Assembly: GCA_021791655.1 (NCBI GenBank)
Contig: JAJYWD010000003.1
Coordinates: 166-64,165, forward strand
Direction: 5' to 3'
Source of the DNA: Nanobdellota archaeon
GTDB taxonomy: Archaea; Nanobdellota; Nanobdellia; Parvarchaeales; Parvarchaeaceae
DNA: 64,000 bases
Shown piece by piece: positions 1-10,043 of the stretch (within the stretch, counting starts at the first letter, position 1; each line of letters starts with the position of its first letter). The notes under the pieces are model-generated. The model was given only the letters and a program-made list of their open reading frames with translations, made no database searches and was not told the DNA's origin. The translations under genes and the position numbers were made by a program.

Positions 1-2335
1 TTGTTCCGACCTCCAACGGCTTGAAATGGGTTATTGGCACCTCTATCCCGTCAAAACGGATGGTGCCATCCTTGTTAACATTCAGACCGTATAGAGATCT
101 GATTATCCCCTTCTCTAAGAATTCTATTTCGCCGCTGTTATTGAAAACACCTTTAACCCCTTTTATCATACCTGGCTTATTTTCTATGCCGATACGCTTA
201 TAGGCTTCGTTAAGGTACTCGGACATCTTTATGTACGTTCTCATCTTTGCAGAAGTCGGCTTACCGTGATGGGTCTTTTCTCTCGTCCGAATACCGCAAA
301 CTCTACATGAGAATAGCGGTTCGGTCTTAGATCCGCACACTTCACATATTTTATATATTGTGTCTCTATTGCATTTCCCGCAATGGAAGAACGCGTACTC
401 GGCGAATGCGGTGCCTTTTTCTGCTGCAGTAATTATGTTCCTGGTCAAACCGCCGCTCTCCCCTATAGGAAAAATAACACTTGGATTCGTCTCCATTTCG
501 CGCATCTTCGCCTTTTCTGGCCTACCGAGCCTTGCGCCTATGAACGTGCCCGCTGTATCGCGTATCTCCAGGCCGCATATCTGCGACAAAATATCGGTAT
601 TCTTCTTTTCCCTAGCGAACACCGCTATTACGGAATCGAATGACATGTGCTCGAATCCAACAGTGAACAACAGCGCATCGGCATTTTCAACTATAATATC
701 TGTCTTTAGCTTGTGTTCTATCCCGAGTTTCTCCATTGTCCTCTTAACTTCCGCGTTGAATGGGAGGGCGAGCATCTTGGAACCGCCACCGTCCAATTGC
801 TCTTGGATAGAGACTCTACCGTTGGAAAATACGTACTCCACTAAACCATAGAGATCATCATAGCTAACCTGAGTCCATAAATAGAGAAACTTAGGGTGCA
901 AGGGAATACCATAAGTCCGTGAAAACTTTACAAAATCTTCAAAGCCAACAAGCGCTCCGGCAGCCTTTTTAGCCAATTCGCCTTTCCCTTCTACGATTCT
1001 ATCCCACCATTCAGATACGAACGGCGATGGCATAAGAAGGTGTCCCTGCTCAGCAAAATCGCCGTAATTAAAAAGTATGTCACCAAGATAAAGTATCTCG
1101 CTTACAGATTGTGAATACTCCTCGGCTTCTTTAATATTGTGAAGAACTATAACACTGTTATCCTTCAATTTCACAATCGGGCCGTCTATAGTGGAGCAGG
1201 GCGTCACCGCGCACGCCTTTCCGGGCAACTCAACCCTCAACTGGGAGCCTGTTGCTATAAAACTCCCTAATAGATAACAGGTTGCAGGATTTAGGGAGGC
1301 TGCTGCAAGCCCAGAAGTCCTAGACCTGCCGTATCTAAGCCTGAATCCCCCGCTGCGGAGTGGATAAGAGAACACCGGCCTACCAGCCGCTAGTTCCTCT
1401 AGATACCTGTAATTTGGCAGCACTTTCGCTCCGTTGTCAGACGCCTTTGTGGCTGCTGCGTGCTCTACCTCTTTTATTTTCAGATATTCATTTATGAATT
1501 TGAAGTCTTCTTCAATGTTGTAAACCTTGCCGAAACTCTTAATCTGCTTATTCAGCTTGGCAGCCTTTTGTGCAAATCCCTCGCAGAGGACCAGGCACAT
1601 CCCGCCCCTTATCTTTGTGGTATTTATGCGGGGGGTATTTTTGTAGGCGGATACATCCCTATCGGTGGTTGGATCACCCTCGATTTCTATCGGTAGATTT
1701 CTCATAAGGAAATCAAGTTCCGTTTGATTTGGGAAGTACTGAAGTCTCGCCTCAAAATCGTTGTAGTCCGTAACCTCTACTTTTATACGCTTTATTTCCT
1801 CTTCTGTAGGATCGTATTTCCCGAGATTAAATTCCACCCGGAGTGAATCAGCTAAAAGCACGACGGAGGCGGCAGCTGTACCGCCCGCGCCCCTTATCGG
1901 TCCACCGAAGAAACAGGAGATGTATTCACCGCCGTCCGCCCGTTTCTTTAACTCAATTTTTATGAAGCCCTCTAAAGGCGCGGAAACTACGCCCAGCGTT
2001 ATGTAAGCTAGGCCGACACGAATGCCCATCTCTATAGCATCGTGCGCGCTTGCGAATTTTATGAACTTCGACCTGGCGACTTCTAATGAACTGTCTAGAG
2101 CCACCCTTATGTCGTTGGGTGCGTACTTTTTCTCCGCTCCTCTTATGAACTCTGCAAGCCCGCTTTTTAGAAGCTTTGGATTCAATACAGACAGGAGGCC
2201 TTCGACTCTGGAAGCCACGTCTTTCGCTACAGGCACATTTATATCTTTGACTTCTGATATCAGTTTGTATCTCGCCAAAACCTGCTCGGATAAATCTTTA
2301 AAGTATGCGTGTTCCTCTATCTGCGATTCTTGCAT
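1..2335 (-). CDS. DNA polymerase II (PolD) large subunit DP2, N-terminal ~778 codons; the C-terminal part lies beyond the window start
   Basis: Reverse-strand translation starts MQESQIEEHAYFKDL at the ATG whose complement is at 2333-2335. It carries the DP2 motifs LGVVSAPLEG, FGGPIRGAGGTA, GGRPVFSYPLRSGGFRLRYGRSR, IGARLGRPEKAK, Cys-rich zinc-finger pairs and KDGTIRFD..PITHF. The upstream ATG at 2357 is in another frame and hits a stop after 20 codons. Confidence 0.85.
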   Translation of the reverse strand, partial: MQESQIEEHAYFKDLSEQVLARYKLISEVKDINVPVAKDVASRVEGLLSVLNPKLLKSGLAEFIRGAEKKYAPNDIRVALDSSLEVARSKFIKFASAHDAIEMGIRVGLAYITLGVVSAPLEGFIKIELKKRADGGEYISCFFGGPIRGAGGTAAASVVLLADSLRVEFNLGKYDPTEEEIKRIKVEVTDYNDFEARLQYFPNQTELDFLMRNLPIEIEGDPTTDRDVSAYKNTPRINTTKIRGGMCLVLCEGFAQKAAKLNKQIKSFGKVYNIEEDFKFINEYLKIKEVEHAAATKASDNGAKVLPNYRYLEELAAGRPVFSYPLRSGGFRLRYGRSRTSGLAAASLNPATCYLLGSFIATGSQLRVELPGKACAVTPCSTIDGPIVKLKDNSVIVLHNIKEAEEYSQSVSEILYLGDILFNYGDFAEQGHLLMPSPFVSEWWDRIVEGKGELAKKAAGALVGFEDFVKFSRTYGIPLHPKFLYLWTQVSYDDLYGLVEYVFSNGRVSIQEQLDGGGSKMLALPFNAEVKRTMEKLGIEHKLKTDIIVENADALLFTVGFEHMSFDSVIAVFAREKKNTDILSQICGLEIRDTAGTFIGARLGRPEKAKMREMETNPSVIFPIGESGGLTRNIITAAEKGTAFAEYAFFHCGKCNRDTIYKICEVCGSKTEPLFSCRVCGIRTREKTHHGKPTSAKMRTYIKMSEYLNEAYKRIGIENKPGMIKGVKGVFNNSGEIEFLEKGIIRSLYGLNVNKDGTIRFDGIEVPITHFKPLEVGT

Positions 2336-2444
2336 TTCTTCTATAAGAAACTGCCATATTAAACTTTTGTCAAAATTGAGTTAACATAAAAGAATAAGCA
2401 CATATACACAACTGCGGATAATGTGGCTATATCTGTCAGTAGTC

Positions 2445-3062
2445 CTAAGTACCGCAGAAAGTAGTATTAGAAAAAATAATATCCTGCACAGCACTGGCGT
2501 TTAGATGACCGCTGCTGGGCTTGGGATACAGGCCTCTAAAACAATTGACAGACCCATTGGCGGGGTTATAAGACGCCAAATCGACAGGTATTACCGAAAA
2601 GAAGTATAACCCGGCCGCTGTTCGGAATAGTATGGTATCATTAGTAGAGGACTTTCCAATGCTCGCATAACTCATTGTCCATCTCGTTCCGTTTGGCAGA
2701 CCAGCCTCACTGAACGACGTTACAACGCTGCCAGTATTCGGTGAGCTATTATAATTGTTAACAAAATTAGACGGGTTGCCAGTGTTACGTACAAAAAATC
2801 CGTACAAGGCGAGTATCACCACGATAAATGCTAGTACGACTATCAAATAGCGCAAACGGCTCGGAATATTGTGCACAGGCGGCTTCTGGTTGGGGCTCGG
2901 TTCATTAGGAGGAGAATTCTCGTCTGGAGTCGTAGCAAGTTGGCTCTCTGAAGTAGGAGTAACCATTGTATTTTCTGTAGACTGGTCACTAGTATCAATA
3001 GTATTTTGGCTCTCGATATTTCTGTTACTTTCCTCGTTATCATTTTCGTAGTTTTGGTCCAT
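2445..3062 (-). CDS. hypothetical membrane-anchored protein; polar low-complexity N-terminus, one TM helix, extracellular C-terminal domain
   Basis: ORF track. Single hydrophobic helix LRYLIVVLAFIVVILALYGFFV. Lies 52 nt downstream of the pilin-like gene on the same strand. Confidence 0.45.
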   Translation of the reverse strand: MDQNYENDNEESNRNIESQNTIDTSDQSTENTMVTPTSESQLATTPDENSPPNEPSPNQKPPVHNIPSRLRYLIVVLAFIVVILALYGFFVRNTGNPSNFVNNYNSSPNTGSVVTSFSEAGLPNGTRWTMSYASIGKSSTNDTILFRTAAGLYFFSVIPVDLASYNPANGSVNCFRGLYPKPSSGHLNASAVQDIIFSNTTFCGT

Positions 3063-3113
3063 AGTTATTTGGAATGTAATACAGTTAAGTCTTTGCTGAC
3101 ATCAGCATACAAA

Positions 3114-4295
3114 TCAAGTAGCGTCCGTATAATTCTCCTGCGAAACTGTTTCGTACCTGTAAACAGAAGCAGGAAGCGTAGCAGTTTCTCTTATCCGTGT
3201 AGAGAGCGGGGCAGCCGGATTACTCGCTACGTCTGAGGTCGGTATAGTCCAAGTACCATTCCATGCAACTATATTTATATTACTTGACGCCCACGCGCCG
3301 CCTATCACTTGCATGAAGTTGGCGTCACAGCCATGATCATACTGGGATGCAAAAGCCACGTCATATAAACCGGGCGTAAGAGCTATAGTCTTTGTATATG
3401 GTACTATGTTTATGTTCACAGGCCAAACAAAACCATATGTACCACCCCCGTAGAGATTATCTCCCTGCCATCCACCAAAAACGTCCGTCCAATTACCGGA
3501 ACTTCCAACTGGCTTATAGAAAAAGTCTGCGAGGTCATCGACTATTATTCTAAATGTTACGCTGTTACCTAGATACATCTCTCCATATTCGGTCCAGCCA
3601 TCGCCGGGGCCCACTGGACACGTACCATTGTAAAGACAGGTTTCCGCCGGTGGCCATGAAGCATTACGTTGTGGATTATAACCATTATCGAACGGCAGGC
3701 CGAGTTCGATTAGGGGCTTACCAGAGCTGTACCCAGAGTAACAGCCGTCATATTCGCCCGTTAAAGCCAGACCTCCCACTATATTGCTGGATAACGAAGC
3801 AGAGGAAGAGACACTGCCAGAAATTACTCCAGGTGATGAGTAGGGCCCTACAAAAATCTGACCCGGTTCTTTGTACTGTACATTGACGTTAGACGAAAAA
3901 GACCCGATAGATGAACAAGAAGCTGCTATAGCGAGTTGAGCCTTAGCATTTGGAAGCAATAGAAGGGATTCAGGAGATGAGGAAGATGCGCCCGTTGTTT
4001 CACTAACGTTTATATTCGTTATATTTATTACTACACCGACCTCATTCTGCATAGACATCACCAAAGTACCACTCGCACAGGTGGCGGTAATGGATAAGCC
4101 AGAAAAACCAGTCACAGATGCTGTAGGAATCGAGGCAGCTGGATTAAATACACCTAAGGAGTATAAAACAGCTGCTACTATGACTATGATCAATATGGCC
4201 CAGCCGTAGGTCATCATGTACTCGAGGGCGGACTGGGATTTTTTGTCAGCTAGAATTTTTCTGTCTGTAATATATACGGAGGACCCCGGCTTCAT
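3114..4295 (-). CDS. archaeal type IV pilin-like protein (class III signal peptide) with a large Ser/Gly/Thr-rich extracellular domain, adhesin-like
   Basis: KKS-QSALEYMMTYGWAILIIVIVAAVLY is a prepilin-peptidase-type signal: K-[GAS] cleavage site, Q at +1, E at +5, then a hydrophobic helix. The real start is probably internal to the tracked ORF. About 340 aa of low-complexity S/G/T-rich sequence follow. Confidence 0.6.
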   Translation of the reverse strand: MKPGSSVYITDRKILADKKSQSALEYMMTYGWAILIIVIVAAVLYSLGVFNPAASIPTASVTGFSGLSITATCASGTLVMSMQNEVGVVINITNINVSETTGASSSSPESLLLLPNAKAQLAIAASCSSIGSFSSNVNVQYKEPGQIFVGPYSSPGVISGSVSSSASLSSNIVGGLALTGEYDGCYSGYSSGKPLIELGLPFDNGYNPQRNASWPPAETCLYNGTCPVGPGDGWTEYGEMYLGNSVTFRIIVDDLADFFYKPVGSSGNWTDVFGGWQGDNLYGGGTYGFVWPVNINIVPYTKTIALTPGLYDVAFASQYDHGCDANFMQVIGGAWASSNINIVAWNGTWTIPTSDVASNPAAPLSTRIRETATLPASVYRYETVSQENYTDAT

Positions 4296-4512
4296 ACCAT
4301 CACTATGGCATATCCAGATTTAAAGGCTTCTCTTTTCCGTCGTGAGCGGATTGTGGTCCGCGGCTGTCCATCATGCAAGGGAGCGAGCAGGGGCGGTTTA
4401 TAGATTTCGTTGGATTATCTTGGTATGGAAACAGATATTCCACAATAAATCTCTGCTATTGGGTATTACCCAAAGAATTGCTAACACCAGTAAATAACGT
4501 ACTTAAAAATTA

Positions 4513-4857
4513 CTATTTCTTAGCTCTATGTTTTTCAACTTTGTGCTTTACCAGAGATTTAGAGTCTTTTTCCGGTTCCTGAGACACGCCTATAATCTTA
4601 ATGTGTTCTAGAGAAAGGAACAAGACATCAAGATTCTGCTTTATCTTGGCATTCAAAGCAGATAACGCATCGTGTCTAGCACGTACTATGTCCTCGTGTT
4701 CCTGTCGGGATATTTCGCCCTTATTGTACCTTAAGTTTGCCTCCTTCAGTTGGGCTATCTCGTTCTCTACCTCATCCTGAAGGTTTTTCACAGCGTCTGC
4801 CGATTCCTTGGCCTGTCTTAAGTCAGAGTCAACTTTATGAATCTCAATTTTTTCCAT
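4513..4857 (-). CDS. hypothetical coiled-coil protein
   Basis: ORF track. Charged, heptad-like sequence with no recognisable catalytic motif. Confidence 0.4.
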   Translation of the reverse strand: MEKIEIHKVDSDLRQAKESADAVKNLQDEVENEIAQLKEANLRYNKGEISRQEHEDIVRARHDALSALNAKIKQNLDVLFLSLEHIKIIGVSQEPEKDSKSLVKHKVEKHRAKK

Positions 4858-4914
4858 ACTAGATAATAATTTTTCTGGTTTAAATATATTAGGACTTGGT
4901 GATGAAACGTCGTT

Positions 4915-5334
4915 TTACTTGGAGCCGCCCCTTGTCGCATCGTTCTGGGGGCCTTCCGGTGTAGCCGTCTGACTACCAGTTCCTGCATATTTGTCCTCCT
5001 TTTTACGCTCGTAGATACCGCTGAAAAATATCGCGAACAGCATGAAAGAAAGGAATGTGAGTATATTTGTATACTCCCAGAATGGCGTATCAGGGACCGA
5101 AAAAGATATCCAAAAACTTATAATGTAACCTACCGCTAGGAAAAAGGAGGCCAGAAACAGCGACAGGAAGGCCACTGTGAATCTTTTCGGCTTCAGGAAG
5201 ATGCTGTAAATAAATAGGACCGAATATCTAGAGTTGTTTACGCGTAGACGCAGAAACAGAATGAGAAGCGCTATAAATGCTATGAAATTCAACGCCATGC
5301 TAATCACGCCGTAGAACAAGTCAAAGCTTATCAT
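4915..5334 (-). CDS. small integral membrane protein, last gene of the ABC transporter operon
   Basis: Three to four hydrophobic helices. 4-nt overlap with the upstream ORF. Confidence 0.45.
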   Translation of the reverse strand: MISFDLFYGVISMALNFIAFIALLILFLRLRVNNSRYSVLFIYSIFLKPKRFTVAFLSLFLASFFLAVGYIISFWISFSVPDTPFWEYTNILTFLSFMLFAIFFSGIYERKKEDKYAGTGSQTATPEGPQNDATRGGSK

Positions 5335-5726
5335 AAGAACCTCTTCATGTGCCTATACCAGCGATACTCTACATAAACCAGGGCTAAAATCGTAAACAAG
5401 CCGAAAGTATAGGCCGTATAAAAAAAGATTGATGCCGTAGGATTAGAAGCGGACGGTGTTCCTGATAGCTTTTGCAACAGGGTAAACACGCCAACCAGGA
5501 ATATCGCAACGGCTGGCAAAATGAATAGCTTTATTTCGTACACGGAAGCTTCCGGCTTCAGCATAAAGTAAGTAAGTGGCGCACGATCCTTATTGTGCTT
5601 GGCTAATGCGATAAATATAACGGAAGTAAAATAGGCAGAAAGCAGGCCTACGACCGACAGCAATCCAAAAACCACTGTGGTTAACTGAAGAACCATCCCG
5701 AACCCCCTCAATATTTTAACGCTCAT
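5331..5726 (-). CDS. small integral membrane protein in the ABC transporter operon
   Basis: Hydrophobic helices. Tightly packed after the permease gene on the same strand. Confidence 0.45.
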   Translation of the reverse strand: MSVKILRGFGMVLQLTTVVFGLLSVVGLLSAYFTSVIFIALAKHNKDRAPLTYFMLKPEASVYEIKLFILPAVAIFLVGVFTLLQKLSGTPSASNPTASIFFYTAYTFGLFTILALVYVEYRWYRHMKRFL

Positions 5727-5731
5727 CCTAC

Positions 5732-6511
5732 TTAAATAAGCGCTTCTCTTTTGAAGGTCGCTACACTCACATAGAATAAAATCAGATCTATTATTACCAG
5801 ACTCGCTATTAGCTCCAATAAGAATACTACAGTCAGATTCGCCAGACCCAGCAAGGAGGAGAATGGAAGAATCAATAAAGGAAGTACTAGGAGAGAGGTT
5901 AATTGCTGCGCTTCTTTTATTCCTTTAACGCGCGAGGATATAAGAACAACCAACGATATCGGCGCTAACGCCAGAAGAGGCACCGCCCCCAACATTGTAA
6001 GCCACGACAATGTAGGGAGAATGTAAGCCCCGAAATAAGCATACGAAAGTATGTTGACTATAGCCCCGTATATAGCAAAGGCTGCGAAAGTCATAAGTAC
6101 GGCTGGAATGAACGTTGCCAGGATCTTTCCCAGCAGCAATTCACTCTTGGTAACTGGACTCAGTAGAAGAGACTCGGCAGTCCGCCTTTCTTTTTCTCCT
6201 GCAAAACTATCAGCAGCTATTACACCCGAGGTTACTATCGGCATCGTCATGAATATCGGGCCGAGCACGTTTATAGAGAAATATGTCATAAACGCGATAT
6301 TTTTGAAGAAAGGCAGGGCCTGGCTTACTCCAGACAGATTTATAGCGAGAGCAATGCTCGGCGCCTCGTTTATCGCAATGTAAAGCGAAAATATGGGCAA
6401 CAGAGCAGAGAAAGCTAGGGGTATACCGAACATGGGGCCGAATATTGAGATGCTACTGAAAACTTCTCGTATGTCCTTTTTCGCGACGGCAAATGATTTT
6501 TGAATTTCCAT
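5732..6511 (-). CDS. ABC-2 type transporter permease
   Basis: Six predicted TM segments with ABC-2 permease-like topology. Located 5 nt after the ATPase gene. Confidence 0.6.
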   Translation of the reverse strand: MEIQKSFAVAKKDIREVFSSISIFGPMFGIPLAFSALLPIFSLYIAINEAPSIALAINLSGVSQALPFFKNIAFMTYFSINVLGPIFMTMPIVTSGVIAADSFAGEKERRTAESLLLSPVTKSELLLGKILATFIPAVLMTFAAFAIYGAIVNILSYAYFGAYILPTLSWLTMLGAVPLLALAPISLVVLISSRVKGIKEAQQLTSLLVLPLLILPFSSLLGLANLTVVFLLELIASLVIIDLILFYVSVATFKREALI

Positions 6512-6515
6512 ACCG

Positions 6516-7418
6516 TCAATCAGATAAGCTAGTGAGCAGCGGCTCTAGATAATCAACACTAAGAATGTAAATCCCACTTGAGATAAACTTCCTTAGTATA
6601 CGATTCACGTCTTTGTAATGCCTGATTCTGACAGTTACATAGTTTACCATTTCCGCGCTAGGATTGACAAGGGTTATTCCCAACTTCTTCAGCCGTAGGG
6701 CGGGCACCGGTTTTGAAAAACGGATGTTTACCTGGAAATTACGCAATACGCTGTTGTAGAGGGAATAAGTCTTAGTGTCGCTCACCAGTCTGCCTCCTTT
6801 CAGAATCGACAACCGTGCATCGAAGCGCATCACTTCGTCCAGTTTCTGGGTCACGAATATAACGGTCTTACCGTGGGCTTTATACTCTTCCATAAAGTCT
6901 CTAATCTGGGCGGAAGAGCTGGCGTCCAAAAATGCGGTCGGTTCATCCAGCAACAATACATCCGGGTCATTAAGGACTGTCCTGCAGAATGCCACTTTCT
7001 GCTTCGTGCCACGACTCAATGCATAAACTTTTGAATCTATAAACTTTAGCGCATTTAATCGCTTCAATACGCGTCTGGCTCTTTCGAGCGTTGCCGTGCG
7101 GGTCAGCCTAAATAGCCTACCAAAGAACAGCAGGTTTTCCCTTACGCTCAAGTAATCGTACAAAGCGTAGTTATCCGACAGCATTCCAAGCTTGTACCTA
7201 ATCTCATTAGAATAATAAGGATCTTTTCCTAGTACTCTTACGCTGCCATGGTCGATGTGATAAAGACCAGCTATGCACTTGAGCAGCGTACTCTTACCCG
7301 CCCCGTTAGGACCCAATAATATGTTTATTCCATTGCGCGATTCGAAACTGACCCCAGATAGGGCAGTAACAGACTTAAAGCGCTTCGTAACATTCCTCAT
7401 TATCACCGCGCCACCCAT
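6516..7418 (-). CDS. ABC transporter ATP-binding protein
   Basis: Walker A GPNGAGKST, ABC signature LSRGTKQK, Walker B LLLDEPTAFLD. Confidence 0.85.
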   Translation of the reverse strand: MGGAVIMRNVTKRFKSVTALSGVSFESRNGINILLGPNGAGKSTLLKCIAGLYHIDHGSVRVLGKDPYYSNEIRYKLGMLSDNYALYDYLSVRENLLFFGRLFRLTRTATLERARRVLKRLNALKFIDSKVYALSRGTKQKVAFCRTVLNDPDVLLLDEPTAFLDASSSAQIRDFMEEYKAHGKTVIFVTQKLDEVMRFDARLSILKGGRLVSDTKTYSLYNSVLRNFQVNIRFSKPVPALRLKKLGITLVNPSAEMVNYVTVRIRHYKDVNRILRKFISSGIYILSVDYLEPLLTSLSD

Positions 7419-7474
7419 ATCAAGTAAAGTTACCCTTCATTTATAACAAGTACCGCAACTAAATGCTAAAGGGT

Positions 7475-7584
7475 TGGGGTCGGCCGGATTTGAACCGACG
7501 TCAAGCGGTTTCTTCTAATCATTCTTTCGTCATTTTTCCAGTCTAGCTGGAGCCGCTTGTTCTGCCAGGTTAAACTACGACCCC
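7475..7584 (-). tRNA. tRNA-Trp (anticodon CCA) with a 37-nt intron in the anticodon loop; CCA not encoded
   Basis: The reverse complement is GGGGTCG TA GTTT..GAAC A AGCGG CTCCAG [37-nt intron] A CCGCT.. GTCGG TTCAAAT CCGGC CGACCCC A. The cloverleaf is complete once the intron is removed. Confidence 0.8.
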
Positions 7585-8115
7585 TTAACTAAATATCCTG
7601 TATTTGTCATCGCCGGCCATTTCTTCCATTATCCTGTCCTCTATGTACTTCTCTATTCCAGAGGTAAGGCCAAGCCGGCTGTTGATATCAGCATACGAAG
7701 AAAACTGTTGCTTCTTTCTCTCATCCAAGAGCCGGACCATTAACTTTTTGCCGATGCCGGGTATGAGTTCTACGGCGTGAAGTCTAACGTTTACCGGCCC
7801 GAGCGCGTTTATTATCGATACGAATTTAGCTTCGTATTCTTTTATCTTCTGATCCAAAAGTTCCTTGAGTTTGGAAAGACCGGTCTCGCTGAGTTTGTCG
7901 GGAGTTATCTTGCCTATTATGTGGTGTATCTGGTCGCGTTTCCCCTCGCCTATGTACACTTTTTGACTGATTTCCACATTAACATCTTTCTTTAGGGTGG
8001 CCAGCAATAGGGCAAGGGAGTCGGTTAGGATTATCACAGATGGGCGCCGATCCTTGAAGTCGGCATGGCCGTACGGCAGATATTCCACTACGTATGCATA
8101 TTCGTCTTTTCCCAT
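7585..8115 (-). CDS. DUF655/COG1491-like nucleic-acid-binding protein (OB-fold plus HhH)
   Basis: Translation pattern with a C-terminal HhH-like LIPGIGKK. Sits in the conserved L21e-RpoF-COG1491 neighbourhood. Confidence 0.5.
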   Translation of the reverse strand: MGKDEYAYVVEYLPYGHADFKDRRPSVIILTDSLALLLATLKKDVNVEISQKVYIGEGKRDQIHHIIGKITPDKLSETGLSKLKELLDQKIKEYEAKFVSIINALGPVNVRLHAVELIPGIGKKLMVRLLDERKKQQFSSYADINSRLGLTSGIEKYIEDRIMEEMAGDDKYRIFS

Positions 8116-8126
8116 AAAGGTCTCGT

Positions 8127-8450
8127 CTAAGAATATTTCTTTATTATCGCCAGTATCTTTTTTATTTCGTCCTCTTTTATAACGCTCTTTAGAGGCGACA
8201 AGATGGCTCTTACCTGATCAGCGTTGGTGGGTGCTGTATCTATAAGAATCCTAACATAGTCGTCGCGGATGTTGAGGTTAAGCGCCAAAATCTCGTTAAA
8301 CGCCTCCTCAAACTTGCTTATTTTCACATTCTTTGACAGATGCTCGATTAACTTTTTGCCGTACTCGGAATTCTTATCTATATTATCTTTATATTTTTCG
8401 TTCAATTCCGTCTCGCTTATTTGCTTCTCGTCGATAACTTCGTATTCCAT
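8127..8450 (-). CDS. rpoF: DNA-directed RNA polymerase subunit F (Rpo4/Rpb4-like)
   Basis: Acidic protein of 107 aa ending ..KILAIIKKY like RpoF. Lies between L21e and the COG1491 gene, as in many archaea. Confidence 0.5.
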   Translation of the reverse strand: MEYEVIDEKQISETELNEKYKDNIDKNSEYGKKLIEHLSKNVKISKFEEAFNEILALNLNIRDDYVRILIDTAPTNADQVRAILSPLKSVIKEDEIKKILAIIKKYS

Positions 8451-8500
8451 AACCGTACATTATTTAAAAGGGCACATAGGATAAATATCTGATTATCCTC

Positions 8501-8815
8501 TTAAAGTCGCTTAAGATGCGCCGGCATTAGGTCTAGCCGCTTGAGTTTCTTGCCTATCAACACGCCAATGGTGTAGCTTCTACCCTTCTTTTGAAGCACG
8601 ACGCCGCTTACGCCAAAGAATCTTCTGTGTGGTATATTGCGCTGTATAAAGGGATCCGGATCTATCAATACCTTATCGTTAACGCTAAATGTCTGGAGAG
8701 ATCTGCGTATATCTACGGTGCCACGACTACCTGACGGGCGCGAAAGCTTGTCCCTTGAACGGTTATGCATGCCACTACTTCTTATTCCCATAAAGCCCCA
8801 TCTAACACTAAACAA
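8501..8815 (-). CDS. rpl21e: 50S ribosomal protein L21e
   Basis: HNRSRDKLSRP..G.VDI..NDKVLIDPDP..GMPHRRFFGVSGVV matches the L21e family pattern. The true start is probably an internal Met (MGIRSS or MHNRSRDK). Confidence 0.7.
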   Translation of the reverse strand: MFSVRWGFMGIRSSGMHNRSRDKLSRPSGSRGTVDIRRSLQTFSVNDKVLIDPDPFIQRNIPHRRFFGVSGVVLQKKGRSYTIGVLIGKKLKRLDLMPAHLKRL

Positions 8816-8933
8816 TCTTTCCTAAAATATTAATACCTTTCCGCTTCTCACTAGTCATGTCCCCGCACGCTGATAAAACATGTAAAAATTACGATAATTA
8901 ATACTGTACCATAGTAAAAATTAAAGTTTATAA

Positions 8934-10007
8934 ATGAATTGGCTCCTTAATATTAACATGGAAACTCTGACACTGGAGGAGCTACTAGAAGCGAAACAGG
9001 TACTTGACTTCCAGATAGGGCAGATTATAAAAACCGGCGGCGGCAATCTCCGGACTAAATATGGCGGGGCGTTGGGGGAGCTTGGTTACGGCATTGCTGA
9101 TTACAGGATAAGACTGGATTTCACGAACGGCAAAGGCGAAGAAGAGGCAACTTATTCGAAAATACTAACGCCGGATGGCGTTATGACTTCCGCGGAGTTC
9201 ATCTCTGCTATTAACGACTACAAAGACAAATCAAAGACAAACGGAAAATTGAGCGTAGTACACATAAAGTCAAACACGGACCTTTTCGAGAAGAAGTATT
9301 ACATCATAGATCCGAAGACAAGAAGAATAAGAAGTGAATACGATGTCAAGAGGAGTATACCGACCTTTGATGGCATTAGCGTACCAAAGAACCACGTCAT
9401 AGCTATAAACGGCTTGGATACTGATGAATCTAAGTTACCGGGATATACGGACTTGAAAGGCGAAACTACGCTAAAGAACGCAGAAATAAAAGAAGTATAC
9501 TACCCGGTGCCGATAAGGGGGATAAAATGTGATGTAGAATACAAAGGCACACTATTAACTCTCCAGCTTATAAAGCCGCTGGAAACCCCTTCATTTCTAC
9601 CACTTGCAGATAATTTTACAAGACGCATGGAGGAAGTAGCTCTTGTGGCACAAAGTGTGCCTAACATATCGGACGACCTAAATAAATCGGGATACAATAT
9701 AGAAAGTGAGGCAGGAGCGATGACAAAAGAGAATCTCGACCAAATGCTTCTCGGAAACTTATACAAAAGAAGGGACGAACTGAAGGCAGTTGCCAAAGAC
9801 TTGCTACTAAACAGCGGACTTTATTTAAGGAGTGGTAACAATATATTTACCAGCGGTGGAAAGAGTTCTATGAGCATAGACGACTTCAAGAACACTTTCC
9901 CAAGCCTGTTCTACAACGCCGACGGTAATGCAGACTCGTTCATCACGGACGAAGATTTAATGAAAATGAAGACCAGACAGAACGACCCGCTGAGCATGTA
10001 CAGCTAG
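8934..10007 (+). CDS. hypothetical protein of 357 aa with no recognisable motifs (ORFan-like)
   Basis: Long ORF with coding-like composition. No signal peptide or TM helix. Confidence 0.5.
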   Translation: MNWLLNINMETLTLEELLEAKQVLDFQIGQIIKTGGGNLRTKYGGALGELGYGIADYRIRLDFTNGKGEEEATYSKILTPDGVMTSAEFISAINDYKDKSKTNGKLSVVHIKSNTDLFEKKYYIIDPKTRRIRSEYDVKRSIPTFDGISVPKNHVIAINGLDTDESKLPGYTDLKGETTLKNAEIKEVYYPVPIRGIKCDVEYKGTLLTLQLIKPLETPSFLPLADNFTRRMEEVALVAQSVPNISDDLNKSGYNIESEAGAMTKENLDQMLLGNLYKRRDELKAVAKDLLLNSGLYLRSGNNIFTSGGKSSMSIDDFKNTFPSLFYNADGNADSFITDEDLMKMKTRQNDPLSMYS

Positions 10008-10043
10008 AGAATGGATAGTTCGTGCACAACCACAACAGCAATC

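Noticed and set aside
2336-2357. ATG at 2357 as the PolD start
   Set aside because: That frame reaches a stop after 20 codons. The DP2 homology is in the frame starting at the ATG at 2335.
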